The notes: generated by a model from the sequence alone, not told the origin. 64,000 bases of DNA from Bryobacterales bacterium (GCA_965248305.1 OZ252099.1:1009981-1073980); one strand, 5' to 3'; positions 44,688 to 55,027 are shown, counted from the stretch's first letter. Made by a program: numbers and translations.

Positions 44688-47152
44688 CAGACTTCGTTAC
44701 ACCGTTTCATTTGGTTTGGATAGTTTGGATGCAGGGAGCGGCGGCTTGGGGTTGGCCGGGGTGGGCTGGGAGGAGGCTGAGCAGGGCAGGTCGTCCGACA
44801 GCATGCGGTACACCAAACGGAGTTGGGTGCCGGGGAAGACGGTGCGCGTGCGGTTGAGCTCGTCGAGCAAGGGGGCCAGGGCGCGATCCTGGGCGCGGGT
44901 CGGCTGGTGCAGCAGGCGCACGGTGAGGGTCCCGGCTGACTCGTCAGGGTGCAGGCTGGCGTCAGCCTGAAACAGCGACTTGAGCAGGCTGCGGGCGGTG
45001 TCGGGATTGTCGAGCGCGGGCGCAACCGCGGTCGTCATCGCTGTTTCGGCGCGGTAGGCCAGCATGCGCAGGGTGTCTAGCAGTAGGCGCAGCGGTTGGG
45101 GCAGGGCCTGCAGCCGTGCCTCCGGCGAGAGCTCGCCGGCCAAGATGTGCTGGTCGGTCACCTTGCGTGCCAGCAGCAGGCCTTGGATGGTCTGGTCGCA
45201 AGTCTGGATGCGCGCTTCCAGCGCGCGCGCTGGGGCGGATCCGGCGTCGGCTTGCAGGGCCAGCTTGCGGCGCAGGTTGCCGACCGAGTTGCGGGCTTGC
45301 TTGAGCGCCTTGCCGATGGTGCGGCAGGCCGGGTTGACGACCCAGGCGTCGGCCTCGACCTCCACCAGGGCATGCTCGGGCAGGGTGTCGAGGCCGAACT
45401 CGGCGCGCAGATACTTGAAGAAGTTCTCCTGCGTCCAGCGCGAGCGCAGCAGGCCCGCCGCTTGCTCGGCCGTGAGGTCGGGATGCGTGGTCAGCAGCGC
45501 GGGCTGGCGCTGGTCCGGCCCCGGCCGACCCGCCAGCTCGAGCGGCTTGCGCGGCTGGCCGCGCTGGCCCGTGCCGCGCACACGGCGGTCGATCCAGAAG
45601 CGGATCTCGCGCGCCTGGCAGCCTGCGCCCAGATCGTACGGTCGCTCGGCCAGCTGGCCCTCCAGGCGGGCCGACCCGCCCGGGGCGCGCACTGGGATGA
45701 CGGCCTCCCGGAAGTCGCTATCCGGCCAGCGCTGCGCCTGCGAGCCCTTGATCCAAGTCACCACCGCGATGCCCAGCGCGCGCAGCTCGCGGAACAGGCG
45801 CGGGCTCCAGCCCTCGCGGTCGAAGACCAGCGTCAGGCGTGGTGCGCCAGCGCCTGCCAGCAGGCCCAGCTGGCGCAACTGCGGCACAATCCCGTTCCAG
45901 ATCTCAGACACCATGCCGGCGTCTATCTGGCGGTGCAAGCACAGCAGCGGCGCCCCGCCCAGCGCGTGCACCCAGTAGCCGACCGAGGCCGGCAGGGCCA
46001 GCTTCTGGCGGGTCACGAAATGTTTCGGCAGCCGGCCCTGACCGCTGTAGACCTGCACGTGGCCATCGACGAACAGCGTGGCGACGGCCTCCGGATCGTC
46101 TGCACACCAGTCCTGGGTCAGGCAGCCGACCCAGGCCGGCAGCCCCTTGGCAGCGGCCAGCTGGTGCGTGCGGCGGCGCAGGGTGCGCGGGCAGGGGCAG
46201 CGGTCCAGGCCCAACAGGGCGCCCCACTCGCCGGGCTGCTGGTAGCGCAGCCGCTCGGCGCAACGCACCCGGCCCAGCAGCAGGAAGGCCCACAGCAGCA
46301 GCAGCGACTGCAGGCCGTAGAAGCCCTTGGGTAGCGTCAGCTGGTCGAGGTGGCGCAGCAGGCCGGCCTGCAGCAGGCTCGGCAGGGCGGTCAGCACGCC
46401 GGTTGCGGTCTTCCTTGCCGGGGGCCGCCGACGGCGGCGCACTGGGCGCCGCGCCGCCGGGCTGCGGGCCCGCTCCCTGAGCGTCACTGTCACGCTCGGC
46501 GGGCGCGCCGGCGCGGCGCCGTGGCAGGCACTGGCTGGCCGGTAGCAAGCCCTGTTGGGTGTAGCGCCACAGCGTCGATTGCGAGACGCCCAGTTGCTGG
46601 GCCACGCGGTACAGGCTGAGCCCGGACCGCAGCATGCGGGCGGCCTGGGCCAGCTGCGCGGGGTCCACGATGCCATAGGGGCGGCGCGGCTTGGGGGCGG
46701 GCGCGAAGCCAAGCTCACCCTGCACCTGCAGCCGCTGCACGGCGCGCGAGACGGTGCTCTGGCTGATGCCGTGGGCGCGGGCCAGTTCGGACTGCGTAGC
46801 GAGGCCGAACAGGGCGAAGCGGGCCAGGCAGAGATTGCGCTCTAGCTTGTGGTCGGCCGTGTGCGAGCAGACGGGGTCGGTGTGCACGAAGTAGACGACG
46901 CGGTCGCCCTCGCGCAGCATGCTGAGGCGCGCGCTGATGGGCGTGGCGTGCGGGGGTTGGAGCGGCAGAGCGGCGGGCAGGCCAGTGGGCGCGGGCAGTT
47001 TGGCGGGCGAATACATATGCATTCAAAATAGCATGTTCTGGGGCGCAAGTCAAGTCCGGATGCGGCCGGGGAGGGAGCGTGAAAGCTTGACCCAGCAGCT
47101 AGTTACGAGGCTCTAGGCCTCTTTGCAGAGAGTTCCGATGTAACGAAGTCTG
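44688..47152 (-). mobile_element. Insertion sequence, copy B (2465 bp, defective), inserted in a Uma2 gene
   Basis: Same 14-bp inverted repeats (44688-44701 and 47139-47152). The 5-bp duplication ATGTT lies at 44683-44687 and 47153-47157. The uninterrupted paralog has a single ATGTT at 49587-49591. Confidence 0.9.
44697..47022 (-). pseudogene. Transposase of IS copy B, frameshifted by a 125-bp deletion
   Basis: Split into ORFs 45904-47022 and 44697-46718. Relative to copy A, the segment between two CACGCCG repeats (copy A 43215-43221 and 43340-43346) is missing, leaving one CACGCCG at 46395-46401. There is one further substitution (D to Y, RPDGIV versus RPYGIV). Confidence 0.85.
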
Positions 47153-47604
47153 ATGTTCCCCACCGGGTCTAGGCGCCAATACTCCCGTACGCCGATCTGT
47201 GCATACAGCGACTTCTTTGCCCGCGCGTCCCGCGCCGAGGTCGACGCGGACGCGAAATCCAGCACGAAATCCGGCGCCTTGCCCTCCTCCCAAGTCTTGT
47301 AGGTGTGGCGCTGCTGGCTGCCCACTCCAAACGCCACGAAGACGCCCGGAACCACTGACTTGGTGTTGTCGCCTTCGACATAGTAGACCAGCAGGTCGAT
47401 GCCCAGATAGAGATCTTCACGGCCCCAGAAATGCCGGTCCAAGGCTTCGTGGGCGCGTATCATGGCTTGGGCGTGCCAGCCGGATTCAGCCATCGGCTTG
47501 CCGTCCGAACTCGGGTACTCGACGGGCTCTGGAGCAGCTGACACCCGCTGCGTTTCGCGGATTTCGGGCAGGACAGCAATGCTGGCGTGCTCAGGTGGCG
47601 GCAT
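47153..47604 (-). pseudogene. Uma2 (DUF820) family endonuclease, 5' half (continues for ~17 nt at 44671-44687 left of IS copy B)
   Basis: MPPPEHASIAVLPEIRETQRVSAAPEPVEYPSSDGKPMAESGWHAQAM...YWRLDPVGNI aligns with the N-terminal half of 49229-50038 (Uma2 pattern YP.SDG.PMAE...H). Confidence 0.8.
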
Positions 47605-47822
47605 GGTGCGGATGCGGCTTGAACCGCGTGTGCCCACAGAATAGCAGCGCGATGGCGGCTCATGTCCCCGGAGATTGCGCTGGCAGAAGGGCTCCGGCCA
47701 CCGCCAAGACGATCGCAGGGGTGGGTGTTGGGTTTCCCCATTCCCGCCATGTGTCCGCCGTTCTGGCTGTCGACAGCGGCGGACGGATGCAGTCGCGCTC
47801 ACAGATGATTACGGTTCGGCAT

Positions 47823-48223
47823 GTATTTCTGTTCCGCGTCCGGTTTCTACTTTTTCGTGACGTGGCTGCCCACATACCTCGTGGACGAGCACGGCCTCAC
47901 GCTCGAGCAAACCGGGCGCTACTCGGCGGTCCCGCTGCTGGGGGGCTCCGTCGCTTGCGTTCCGGGGGGCACGTTCTCGATCTGCCTGGTACCGCGCAAG
48001 GGCCTCCGCTGGGGGTGCAGCCTGGTAGGTATCGGGGGGTTCGCGCTCGCCGCGGGCGGAATTGGCCTGGCTTGCCCCTGCCGGCGACGCCCTCTCGGCT
48101 GTGCTGTGGCTCGCTGCGAGGTTTGGCTCTCTTGCATCGATGTTCTGGGCTGCGGCCGTGGTGTATCTTGTAGGCGCGATGCTGTGGTTTGCGATCGACC
48201 CTGAGCCGCGCGTCCGAGGTTAA
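47823..48223 (+). pseudogene. MFS transporter 3' fragment (duplicate of 23917-24474, with an internal deletion)
   Basis: YFCSASGFYFFVTWLPTYLVDEHGLTLEQTGRYSAVPLLGGSVACVPGGTFS matches the copy-1 MFS. About 130 nt are missing relative to copy 1, and there is no N-terminal half. Confidence 0.75.
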
Positions 48224-48227
48224 ACCG

Positions 48228-49037
48228 ATGCCGATCACTCCTTACCTCTATCAGCACCATACTTGGCAGGAGCTAGGCGAGCGCGCGGGGCAGCGGCCAG
48301 TCGTCGTGCTGCCCATAGGCTCTGTCGAGGACCACGGCTATCATCTTCCGCTGGACACCGACAATTTCCTGATCTGGAGTATCTGCGAGGAGGCGGCGAA
48401 GCGGGCGGATGGCGACATCCTGCTCCTGCCCCTGATCCCGTATGGCTTCGAGACCCACCATATGGACTTCCCGGGCACGATCGATATCCGGCAGGAACAC
48501 CTGCTTGACTTCGTGCTCGACATCACCAAGAGCGTGGCGCACCATGGCTTCGACCGCATCCTGATCGCCGACGGGCACGGGTCGAACATGCCAATTCTCG
48601 ATTTGGTGGCGCGTCGCACTATTCTCGAAACGGTCGCGCTGTGCGGCTGCTTCATCTGGCCCAGCTTGGCAAGCGCCGAGATCAACCGGCAGCGCGAGTC
48701 GGGCCGCGGGGGCATGGCGCACGGCGGGGAACTCGAGACGTCCGTCTACCTGCACCTGGCTCCGGACAAGGTCCAGATGCAGAAGGCTGTCAAGGACATT
48801 GGGATGCCCGAATCAGAGTTCATCTGGATGGACCTGATGGACAAATCCCCCGTCCTGGTCATGGACGAGTGGACACGCTTCAGCAAGAGCGGGACTTACG
48901 GCGACCCGACGATCGCGTCGGCCGAGAAAGGCCGCCCGATCTTCGAGGCAGTCGTGGAAGCCTTTGTCCGGCTTGTGCGGGAATTCAGGGACCGGCCTCG
49001 CGGGGAGCGCACAGATCAGCACCGGAAAGCGCCCTAG
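48228..49037 (+). CDS. Creatininase-family amidohydrolase (intact copy)
   Basis: 269-aa protein starting at the internal ATG: MPITPYLYQHHTWQELGERAGQRPVVVLPIGSVEDHGYHLPLDTDN...ADGHGSN...MAHGGELETS, with creatininase metal-binding motifs (E-x-H-G..LP..tD, DGHGgN, HaGe.ETS). Confidence 0.85.
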   Translation: MPITPYLYQHHTWQELGERAGQRPVVVLPIGSVEDHGYHLPLDTDNFLIWSICEEAAKRADGDILLLPLIPYGFETHHMDFPGTIDIRQEHLLDFVLDITKSVAHHGFDRILIADGHGSNMPILDLVARRTILETVALCGCFIWPSLASAEINRQRESGRGGMAHGGELETSVYLHLAPDKVQMQKAVKDIGMPESEFIWMDLMDKSPVLVMDEWTRFSKSGTYGDPTIASAEKGRPIFEAVVEAFVRLVREFRDRPRGERTDQHRKAP

Positions 49038-49228
49038 ACGCCCTGATTTCCAATATCCCAAGCGCGCCGGTCGTTGCGGTCCCCAGTTTCGGTCTATGCA
49101 CACTCGCAAATGTCTGCGCCGCGGTCGCAAGCAAGGACACCTGGCAGGAGCGCGCGAGCGCTATCGCAAGGCCCTCAGCCGCGATCTTCGCAGCCATCCT
49201 CCGACGCGATGGCGGTGGGCAGGATGTC

Positions 49229-50038
49229 TCAGTGCTCCAGATTGGCAAGCCGCGCTAGCAGTTCTTGTACTTGCGCCTCTGCCTTCTTCGCCCGGTCCTC
49301 GGCCTGCTGCGCCAACTCCTCCACCTGCTGCGCCAGCTCCTCCGCCCGCCGTGCCAGCTCCTCTGCCTTCCGCAACGCCAAGTCCAGGCTTTCGCGCGTC
49401 AGTACATCCAGACCGGTCTGCGGATCCCGGAATACCGGCACCGTCACCTCGCGATGCTTCGCGACCCTGAGGCCCAGTTGGAGGGTCTCGCTCCAAAACT
49501 CCTCGCTGCCGTCCCCGTATACGCGTGGCTGCAGTGCCCGATCAGGGTCTCGTTCCAGCAAGTATCCTTCCAGCGGCTCCCGCATGATGTTCCCCACCGG
49601 GTCTAGGCGCCAATACTCCCGTACCCCGATCTGTGCATACAGCGACTTCTTTTCCCGCGCGTCCCGCGCCGAGGTCGATGCGGACGCGACTTCCAGCACG
49701 AAATCCGGCGCCTTGCCCTCCTCCCAGGTCTTGTAGGTGTGGCGCTGCTGGCTGCCCACTCCAAATGCCACGAAGACGTCCGGAGCCAGTGACTTGGTGT
49801 TGTCGCCTTCGACATAGTAGACCAGCAGGTCGATGCCCACATAGAGATCTTCACGGCCCTTGAAATGTCGCTGCAAGGCTTCGTGGGCGAGCACCATGGC
49901 TACGGCGTGCCAGCCGGATTCGGCCATCGCCTTGCCGTCCGAGCTCGGGTACTCGACGGGCTCTGGAGCAGGTGACACCCGCTGCGTTTCGCGGACTTCG
50001 GGCAGGACAGCAATGGTGGCGTGCTCAGGTGGCGGCAT
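49229..50038 (-). CDS. Uma2 (DUF820) family PD-(D/E)xK endonuclease with C-terminal coiled coil (intact copy)
   Basis: The internal ATG gives MPPPEHATIAVLPEV...EYPSSDGKAMAESGWHAVAM...LAPDVFVAFGV...APDFVLEVAS...K..LYAQIGVREYWRLDP, then a coiled coil RKAEELARRAEELAQQVEELAQQAEDRAKKAEAQVQELLARLANLEH. Confidence 0.8.
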   Translation of the reverse strand: MPPPEHATIAVLPEVRETQRVSPAPEPVEYPSSDGKAMAESGWHAVAMVLAHEALQRHFKGREDLYVGIDLLVYYVEGDNTKSLAPDVFVAFGVGSQQRHTYKTWEEGKAPDFVLEVASASTSARDAREKKSLYAQIGVREYWRLDPVGNIMREPLEGYLLERDPDRALQPRVYGDGSEEFWSETLQLGLRVAKHREVTVPVFRDPQTGLDVLTRESLDLALRKAEELARRAEELAQQVEELAQQAEDRAKKAEAQVQELLARLANLEH

Positions 50039-50365
50039 GGTGCGGATGCGGCTTGGCCCGCGTGTGCCCACAGAATAGCAGCGCGATGGTGGCTCATGCC
50101 CCCGGAGATTGCGCTGGCACAACGGCTCCGACCACAGCCAAGACGATCGCAGGGGTGGGTGTTGGGTTTCCCCATTCCCCAGCCATGTGTCCGCCGCTGT
50201 GGCTGTCGACAACGGCGGTCGGATGCAGTCGTGCTCACAGATGATTACTGTCGCCGGAAGCGTTCGCCGGCCCGGCCATGGATCATAGCTGTGCGTTGCG
50301 GGGCCGCCTCACCCTCACATCCAACACCGACGGGTGTCGGTCACGCATGGGCCACTTCGCCAGCC

Positions 50366-51571
50366 TCAGCGAATCCTTCGCTTGCTGGCGTCATACTCGA
50401 CCGTGCGACCGCGGACGAAGCTCTCGTCGGCCAGGATGGCGGCGATCGAGTGGCTATAGCCGGCTTCGATCGGCGCATGTGGCGCTTCTCTCGTGCGAAC
50501 GCACTCCAAGAAGTTCAACATGTGCGGTACGCTCTCGGCCTCTGGGATCGTCTCACCCGCGCGGATTCGGTCGCTGTCTTCCACCTCGCTTCCGCTGATG
50601 ACGAACGGATCGCCCCAGCGCGTCGCGTCCATCACGCCGCGTGTGCCGAAGAACTTCAGGTGGTTGTGTCCCTGCACTCCGAACGTCGAGCAATAACGGA
50701 CTAGAAAGCCCTCGTCCGGGTACTCCAGCGTGGCTTCGACCGAATCGGGAGCGTCGAAACCATCGCGGTTCCAGCGGTATCCCCCTGCCATCGCAGCGGC
50801 CCGCGCGGGCGGTCCTGCTCCGGTGATGAAGTGGACGAGGTCGAAGAAATGCACGCCGAGATTGCTGTGCGGGCCTTGGGAGAAATCGCGGTAGCCGAAC
50901 CAGCCCGCATGCTGTTGCGCATCCCAAGGCCGCTGCTTGCGGTGCATCAGAAAGCGCTTCCAATCGGTGTCGCGCTCCTCAAGGTCCCGCTCGGCGTAGC
51001 GATACCAGTAGGGCTTATACGAATTTCGCGACTGTTCGATCTTGAAGATGTCGCCGAGGCCTCCGGACTGCACGAAGGCCCGGGCCGCTACCGCGGATGG
51101 GAAGCTGCGGACTTGGGTGCCCATCTGCACTACGCGGTCGGACTCCTTGACCGCATCGCAGGCCTTTCTCAGTTCCTTGAGGTCCATCGCGAGCGGCTTT
51201 TCGACGTACGCGTCCTTGCCCGCTTTCACTGCGTCGATGAGCTGCACGCAATGCTGGTGATCGGGCGTGCCGATGATGACAGCGTCGATGTGGTCGCGTG
51301 CGAGCATGTCCTGATAGGCATGGACCTGCGCCGGGGCGTTGCCGGCCGTGTCGCTCACGCGTGCGGCGGCCTCTTCGCGATGCTGCCGCCAAATGTCGCA
51401 GACCGCGCGCACCTCGACATTGGCCTGCTGGCGGAATTCGAGGACTTGGGCGAGCAGATTCCTGCGCCCGCAACCGAGGATTCCAACCCCGATCCGGTCG
51501 CTGGAGCCTACCGCGCGGGCGGCGCTGAGCGCCGCTACACCTGAGCTTGTGACGAAGTTTCGGCGGGTCAT
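50366..51571 (-). CDS. Gfo/Idh/MocA-family oxidoreductase with Tat signal
   Basis: The internal ATG gives MTRRNFVTSSGVAALSAARAVG (twin-arginine leader), then the Rossmann motif IGVGILGCGRR and the family-typical EKPLAMDLKE. Confidence 0.85.
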   Translation of the reverse strand: MTRRNFVTSSGVAALSAARAVGSSDRIGVGILGCGRRNLLAQVLEFRQQANVEVRAVCDIWRQHREEAAARVSDTAGNAPAQVHAYQDMLARDHIDAVIIGTPDHQHCVQLIDAVKAGKDAYVEKPLAMDLKELRKACDAVKESDRVVQMGTQVRSFPSAVAARAFVQSGGLGDIFKIEQSRNSYKPYWYRYAERDLEERDTDWKRFLMHRKQRPWDAQQHAGWFGYRDFSQGPHSNLGVHFFDLVHFITGAGPPARAAAMAGGYRWNRDGFDAPDSVEATLEYPDEGFLVRYCSTFGVQGHNHLKFFGTRGVMDATRWGDPFVISGSEVEDSDRIRAGETIPEAESVPHMLNFLECVRTREAPHAPIEAGYSHSIAAILADESFVRGRTVEYDASKRRIR

Positions 51572-51699
51572 GCCGCGAGTATAGTAGACCGGCGGGATGA
51601 TCTCCCGCCGGTTGTCGTGCACAACACGATGGAGACGAACCGTGTGGGATGCGTGGAAAAGTGGGTCATGTCGGCGCGTTTGGAGGAAGCGCTGCGGAA

Positions 51700-52062
51700 T
51701 CACAACGCAGCGTCGGCGAAGTACGGTGGGCTCCGGTAGAAGCTCCTCTCAGCGGCGGATGATGAGTTCATCAGGTTGAGCGGAACGTAGCGGGTCCAAT
51801 AGCACATGGCAGGAACGTCGGTAACCAAGGCGTACGCGGCTTCGATGCTGCGGGTGTCGAAGCCCGGGTGGAACGGTACGTGCCTCAAGCGGTCTGGCGG
51901 CCTGTGTGCCGTGCGATCGTCAAGGTCCGCTACAAGGCTGAGCATCAGGTACCTCTGGTCTCCGCGCGAGGACCGGTTACGCAGATGTACCAGAGATCGG
52001 CGGTCGTGCGGGCGACCCAGAAGCTGAAGTACCGCCGGGCGATTCGGCGGGATCGAATTCAT
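51700..52062 (-). CDS. Hypothetical protein (possibly a gene fragment)
   Basis: 120-aa ORF. Only the C-terminal half has coding-like GC3, and I recognise no motif. Confidence 0.25.
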   Translation of the reverse strand: MNSIPPNRPAVLQLLGRPHDRRSLVHLRNRSSRGDQRYLMLSLVADLDDRTAHRPPDRLRHVPFHPGFDTRSIEAAYALVTDVPAMCYWTRYVPLNLMNSSSAAERSFYRSPPYFADAAL

Positions 52063-52133
52063 TTGGCCGCCGGGATTGCGGGCGGTATCATCATTGTGTG
52101 CGTGGCGGGTTGATCGTATCCGCCGTCGGAATC

Positions 52134-53102
52134 ATGTCGGCAAGAATACTTTGTGCTCTGCTGGTCGCACAATTCGCGATTCATGCGGAACCCGTTAGTC
52201 CAGATCCTCGGGAGGCCTGGGACCTTGCTGGGGTGCAAGTGGCGTTGCTGACTCTTGTTGTTGCGGAGGAATCCAAGTGTGAGCAGGATGTAATCACGAG
52301 AGGTTGGGGAGATGCCGAGCCCGGTATTGAGGTTCTGCACGGTGGCCTACATTCCCCGTACGATGGCGTGTGCTTTCCGAACTTTGATTATGTGGACATC
52401 GAGCATATCGTAGCCCGCGCGGAAGCCGATGAGTCCGGTCTGTGCAGTCAGGCTCTTACGGTTCGGGAGGAATTTGCGGCAGATCTGCTGAACTTAACGT
52501 TCGCTCCGAGCTCTCTCAACGCGTCCAAGGGGAAACGGGATGCCGGGGAGATCGAGAGCGCGGACCACTCGAAGTTTCGGGATGCGTTAACACCGGCCGG
52601 TAAGTGCTTCTGGGCTGCGCAAACAATCCGCGTCAAGACTAAGTACGATCTCAGCGTGGACGCGGCAGAGAAGGCAGCGTTGACTGAGATTCTGAACGAA
52701 TGCCATGCGGCCGGTACTGCAGTTGGCCGACCGCAGGCGTCTGCGAGTTGCGGTTGGGCGGTGCGTTCGGAATACGCTCAGGCCGCCCAGGACGTTGCTT
52801 TGGAATCGTGTTCAGAGAAACCGGAGACCGAAAGCTGGCGGGCGGCTTTGCCGTACGCTTCGGACATTGCATGTCACGTTGAGCAGCCGGCCGCGCCGGT
52901 CCAGGATGATTCCAGGGCAGACCAGATTGCTGCGCAAACGGCGTGCAAAGAGCAGCTCGATAGCATCACTTGTTCGAGTATCAAAGCTCAGTGTCCATTA
53001 GTTACTGTCATTCATCTCGGGGAGCCGCTGTACCAGCCGATTCGTACGAACGGACGCTCGAACGATTCTGATGATGATGGACTGTATTGCGAGAGTTTGT
53101 GA
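52134..53102 (+). CDS. Secreted HNH/DUF1524-type nuclease with C-terminal Excalibur-like Ca-binding domain
   Basis: Signal peptide MSARILCALLVAQFAIHA. His-Me finger / DUF1524-like motif VDIEHIVARAEADESGL...LNLTFAPSSLNASKGKRD. C-terminal Cys-rich tail ending NDSDDDGLYCESL (Excalibur DxDxDG..CE pattern). GC content looks lower than the neighbouring sequence by eye. Confidence 0.6.
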   Translation: MSARILCALLVAQFAIHAEPVSPDPREAWDLAGVQVALLTLVVAEESKCEQDVITRGWGDAEPGIEVLHGGLHSPYDGVCFPNFDYVDIEHIVARAEADESGLCSQALTVREEFAADLLNLTFAPSSLNASKGKRDAGEIESADHSKFRDALTPAGKCFWAAQTIRVKTKYDLSVDAAEKAALTEILNECHAAGTAVGRPQASASCGWAVRSEYAQAAQDVALESCSEKPETESWRAALPYASDIACHVEQPAAPVQDDSRADQIAAQTACKEQLDSITCSSIKAQCPLVTVIHLGEPLYQPIRTNGRSNDSDDDGLYCESL

Positions 53103-53419
53103 GGCGAGACGAACATGCCGGGGATTGAACGAGCAAGTTCTATCTGACGGGAACTCGAGGAAATGCAGAAGCTGCATACGGATACGGTAGAACTAGAGGC
53201 GGAAGCCGAAGTGGTCGGATCGTAGATCTGCGTGGCCTTCGATTTCATAAAATCGCCAGCGGGCGTCCACTCCGTAAGCACCTTGTAAATTCATCCCCGG
53301 ACTTGCACCTGCGCTTTCCGCACGACAGTCGATTTCTTCATAATCAAGCGAGTTTGTGGCTCTTCCCCACGTGTGGGAGCATCCGCTGCAGGCTCCATCG
53401 CCTGAGGACTGATTTCCCG

Positions 53420-55027
53420 ATGCCCCGTCAATTCTTGGCTTCCCTCACAGTGCCCAAGCTCCGCTGCAGGCACCTGAAGGACCAGCCGGTACGCTCTGCT
53501 GGGCGCGCTGGATGGAGCACTGCCAAGCGGGGCCTTGTGGTGCTGGCCGTAGTATTGCTGGCGGGCGGTCCGCAGCCGTGGACCGGCGTTGAGCACGAAG
53601 CAGCGCGGCTGCTGGCGGCGCAGGCTCCTCGACGGGGCGAGCGCGGTGTGAATCGCAGGGCACCACGGGACGGTGCGCCGCGGGCTCCAAGGGGCGCCGA
53701 AGGCTCCGAAAGGCGGGCTCGCCCGATCGCCGTGGAGACATTTCTGACCGATGTGCCCGAGCACCCCTATGACATCGTTCTCGGCAACCCGACCGACAGG
53801 TCGGTGACCGCGAGCGTGCTGGGCTATGCCCCGGTCGAGGGCTACCTTGAATTTGGCGTCAGGCAAGACGAGTACGTCGCCGCATCGGACCGCATCACGC
53901 TGGAGCCGGGCGAACCGGTGGAAGTGGTCCTCGACGGGCTTGTCGCCCACACGCAGTACTACTACCGCTGGCGCAGCCGGAGCGGTCCGGCGGAAGCATT
54001 CGACGCCTCGGATGAATTCACGTTCCGCACCGGGCGCACGCAGGGTGATTCCTTCGTCTTCACGGTGCAGTCCGACCCACACTTGGACGGGCGGACGGAT
54101 CCGAGGCTGTACGAGGCCTCCCTGCGCAACGCTTTGGAGGCGGGCCCGGACTTCCACATTGACCTCGGCGACACGTTCATGACTGGCAAGCGGCGCCAGA
54201 ACTTCCGGGATGCCCTGCCGCAGTATCTCGCCCAGCGGTACTACTTCGGCCTGATCGGGACCAGCGCGCCCGTATTCCTCGTGTCGGGCAATCACGATGC
54301 CGAGGCCAGGGACCTGGGTGCGATGGCCGCTTGGGCGCGGGCGCAGCGCCAGGCCTACTTCGCCACGCCATCGGACGCTTTCGCGGACCGAGGCAACTAT
54401 TACCAGTGGCAATGGGGTGATGCGCTCTTCGTCGCGTTGGATCCATTCTGGGCGACACGTCGCGCCCGTCCAAGGCGGGACTACTGGTCGCGCACGCTCG
54501 GGGCTGCGCAGTACCGCTGGCTCCGTGAGACGCTGGAGGCGAGCCGGGCGAAATTCAAGTTCGTCTTCATCCACCATCTCGTCGGCGGCATCAACCAAGC
54601 CGCGCGGGGCGGGGCCGCGGCCGCAGCTCTGTTTGAATGGGGCGGCCGCGGCTTGGAGGGCGACTTCGAATTCGACGAGAAGAGGCCGGGCTGGGGCAAG
54701 CCGATCCACGAGTTGCTGGTCGAGACCGACGTGACAGTCGTGTTCCACGGCCACGACCACGTCTTCGCGAAAGAGGAACTCGATGGCGTCGCCTATCAGC
54801 TCGTGCCCCAGCCGGGGCTGGACCGTTACGGGGCGCCGCGCGAGGTTGACGGGAATTACAGCGGGGCCGACATCGTTGGCGGTCCGGGACATGTGCGCGT
54901 CACCGTCTCTCCCGATGCAGCTCTGGTCGAAATGGTGCAGTCCCGCCGCGAAGGATCCGTAAGCGGGAACGGCCGGGTGGCCTATTCGTACCGCGCCGAA
55001 CCGAAATCAATGGAGGAACGTCAATGA
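53420..55027 (+). CDS. Calcineurin-like metallophosphoesterase (PhoD / purple-acid-phosphatase-like)
   Basis: All five motifs are present: SDPHLD, DLGDTFM, VSGNHD, FIHH and FHGHDH. The upstream N-terminal beta-sandwich-like region reads TQYYYRWRS. The start is uncertain (53303 or 53420). Confidence 0.8.
   Translation: MPRQFLASLTVPKLRCRHLKDQPVRSAGRAGWSTAKRGLVVLAVVLLAGGPQPWTGVEHEAARLLAAQAPRRGERGVNRRAPRDGAPRAPRGAEGSERRARPIAVETFLTDVPEHPYDIVLGNPTDRSVTASVLGYAPVEGYLEFGVRQDEYVAASDRITLEPGEPVEVVLDGLVAHTQYYYRWRSRSGPAEAFDASDEFTFRTGRTQGDSFVFTVQSDPHLDGRTDPRLYEASLRNALEAGPDFHIDLGDTFMTGKRRQNFRDALPQYLAQRYYFGLIGTSAPVFLVSGNHDAEARDLGAMAAWARAQRQAYFATPSDAFADRGNYYQWQWGDALFVALDPFWATRRARPRRDYWSRTLGAAQYRWLRETLEASRAKFKFVFIHHLVGGINQAARGGAAAAALFEWGGRGLEGDFEFDEKRPGWGKPIHELLVETDVTVVFHGHDHVFAKEELDGVAYQLVPQPGLDRYGAPREVDGNYSGADIVGGPGHVRVTVSPDAALVEMVQSRREGSVSGNGRVAYSYRAEPKSMEERQ

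Noticed and set aside
53291-54892. 533-aa ORF on the minus strand. Similar long antisense or out-of-frame ORFs occur at 13112-15007, 34437-35534, 34808-35665, 36911-38662, 37125-38249, 41916-43154, 45096-46334, 55060-56511, 57497-58777, 58817-59905, 61271-62620 and 63118-63948.
   Set aside because: Each lies opposite to, or out of frame with, a gene that has clear family motifs. Their translations are Arg/Ala/Gly/Pro-rich low-complexity strings, typical of stop-poor non-coding frames in high-GC DNA.
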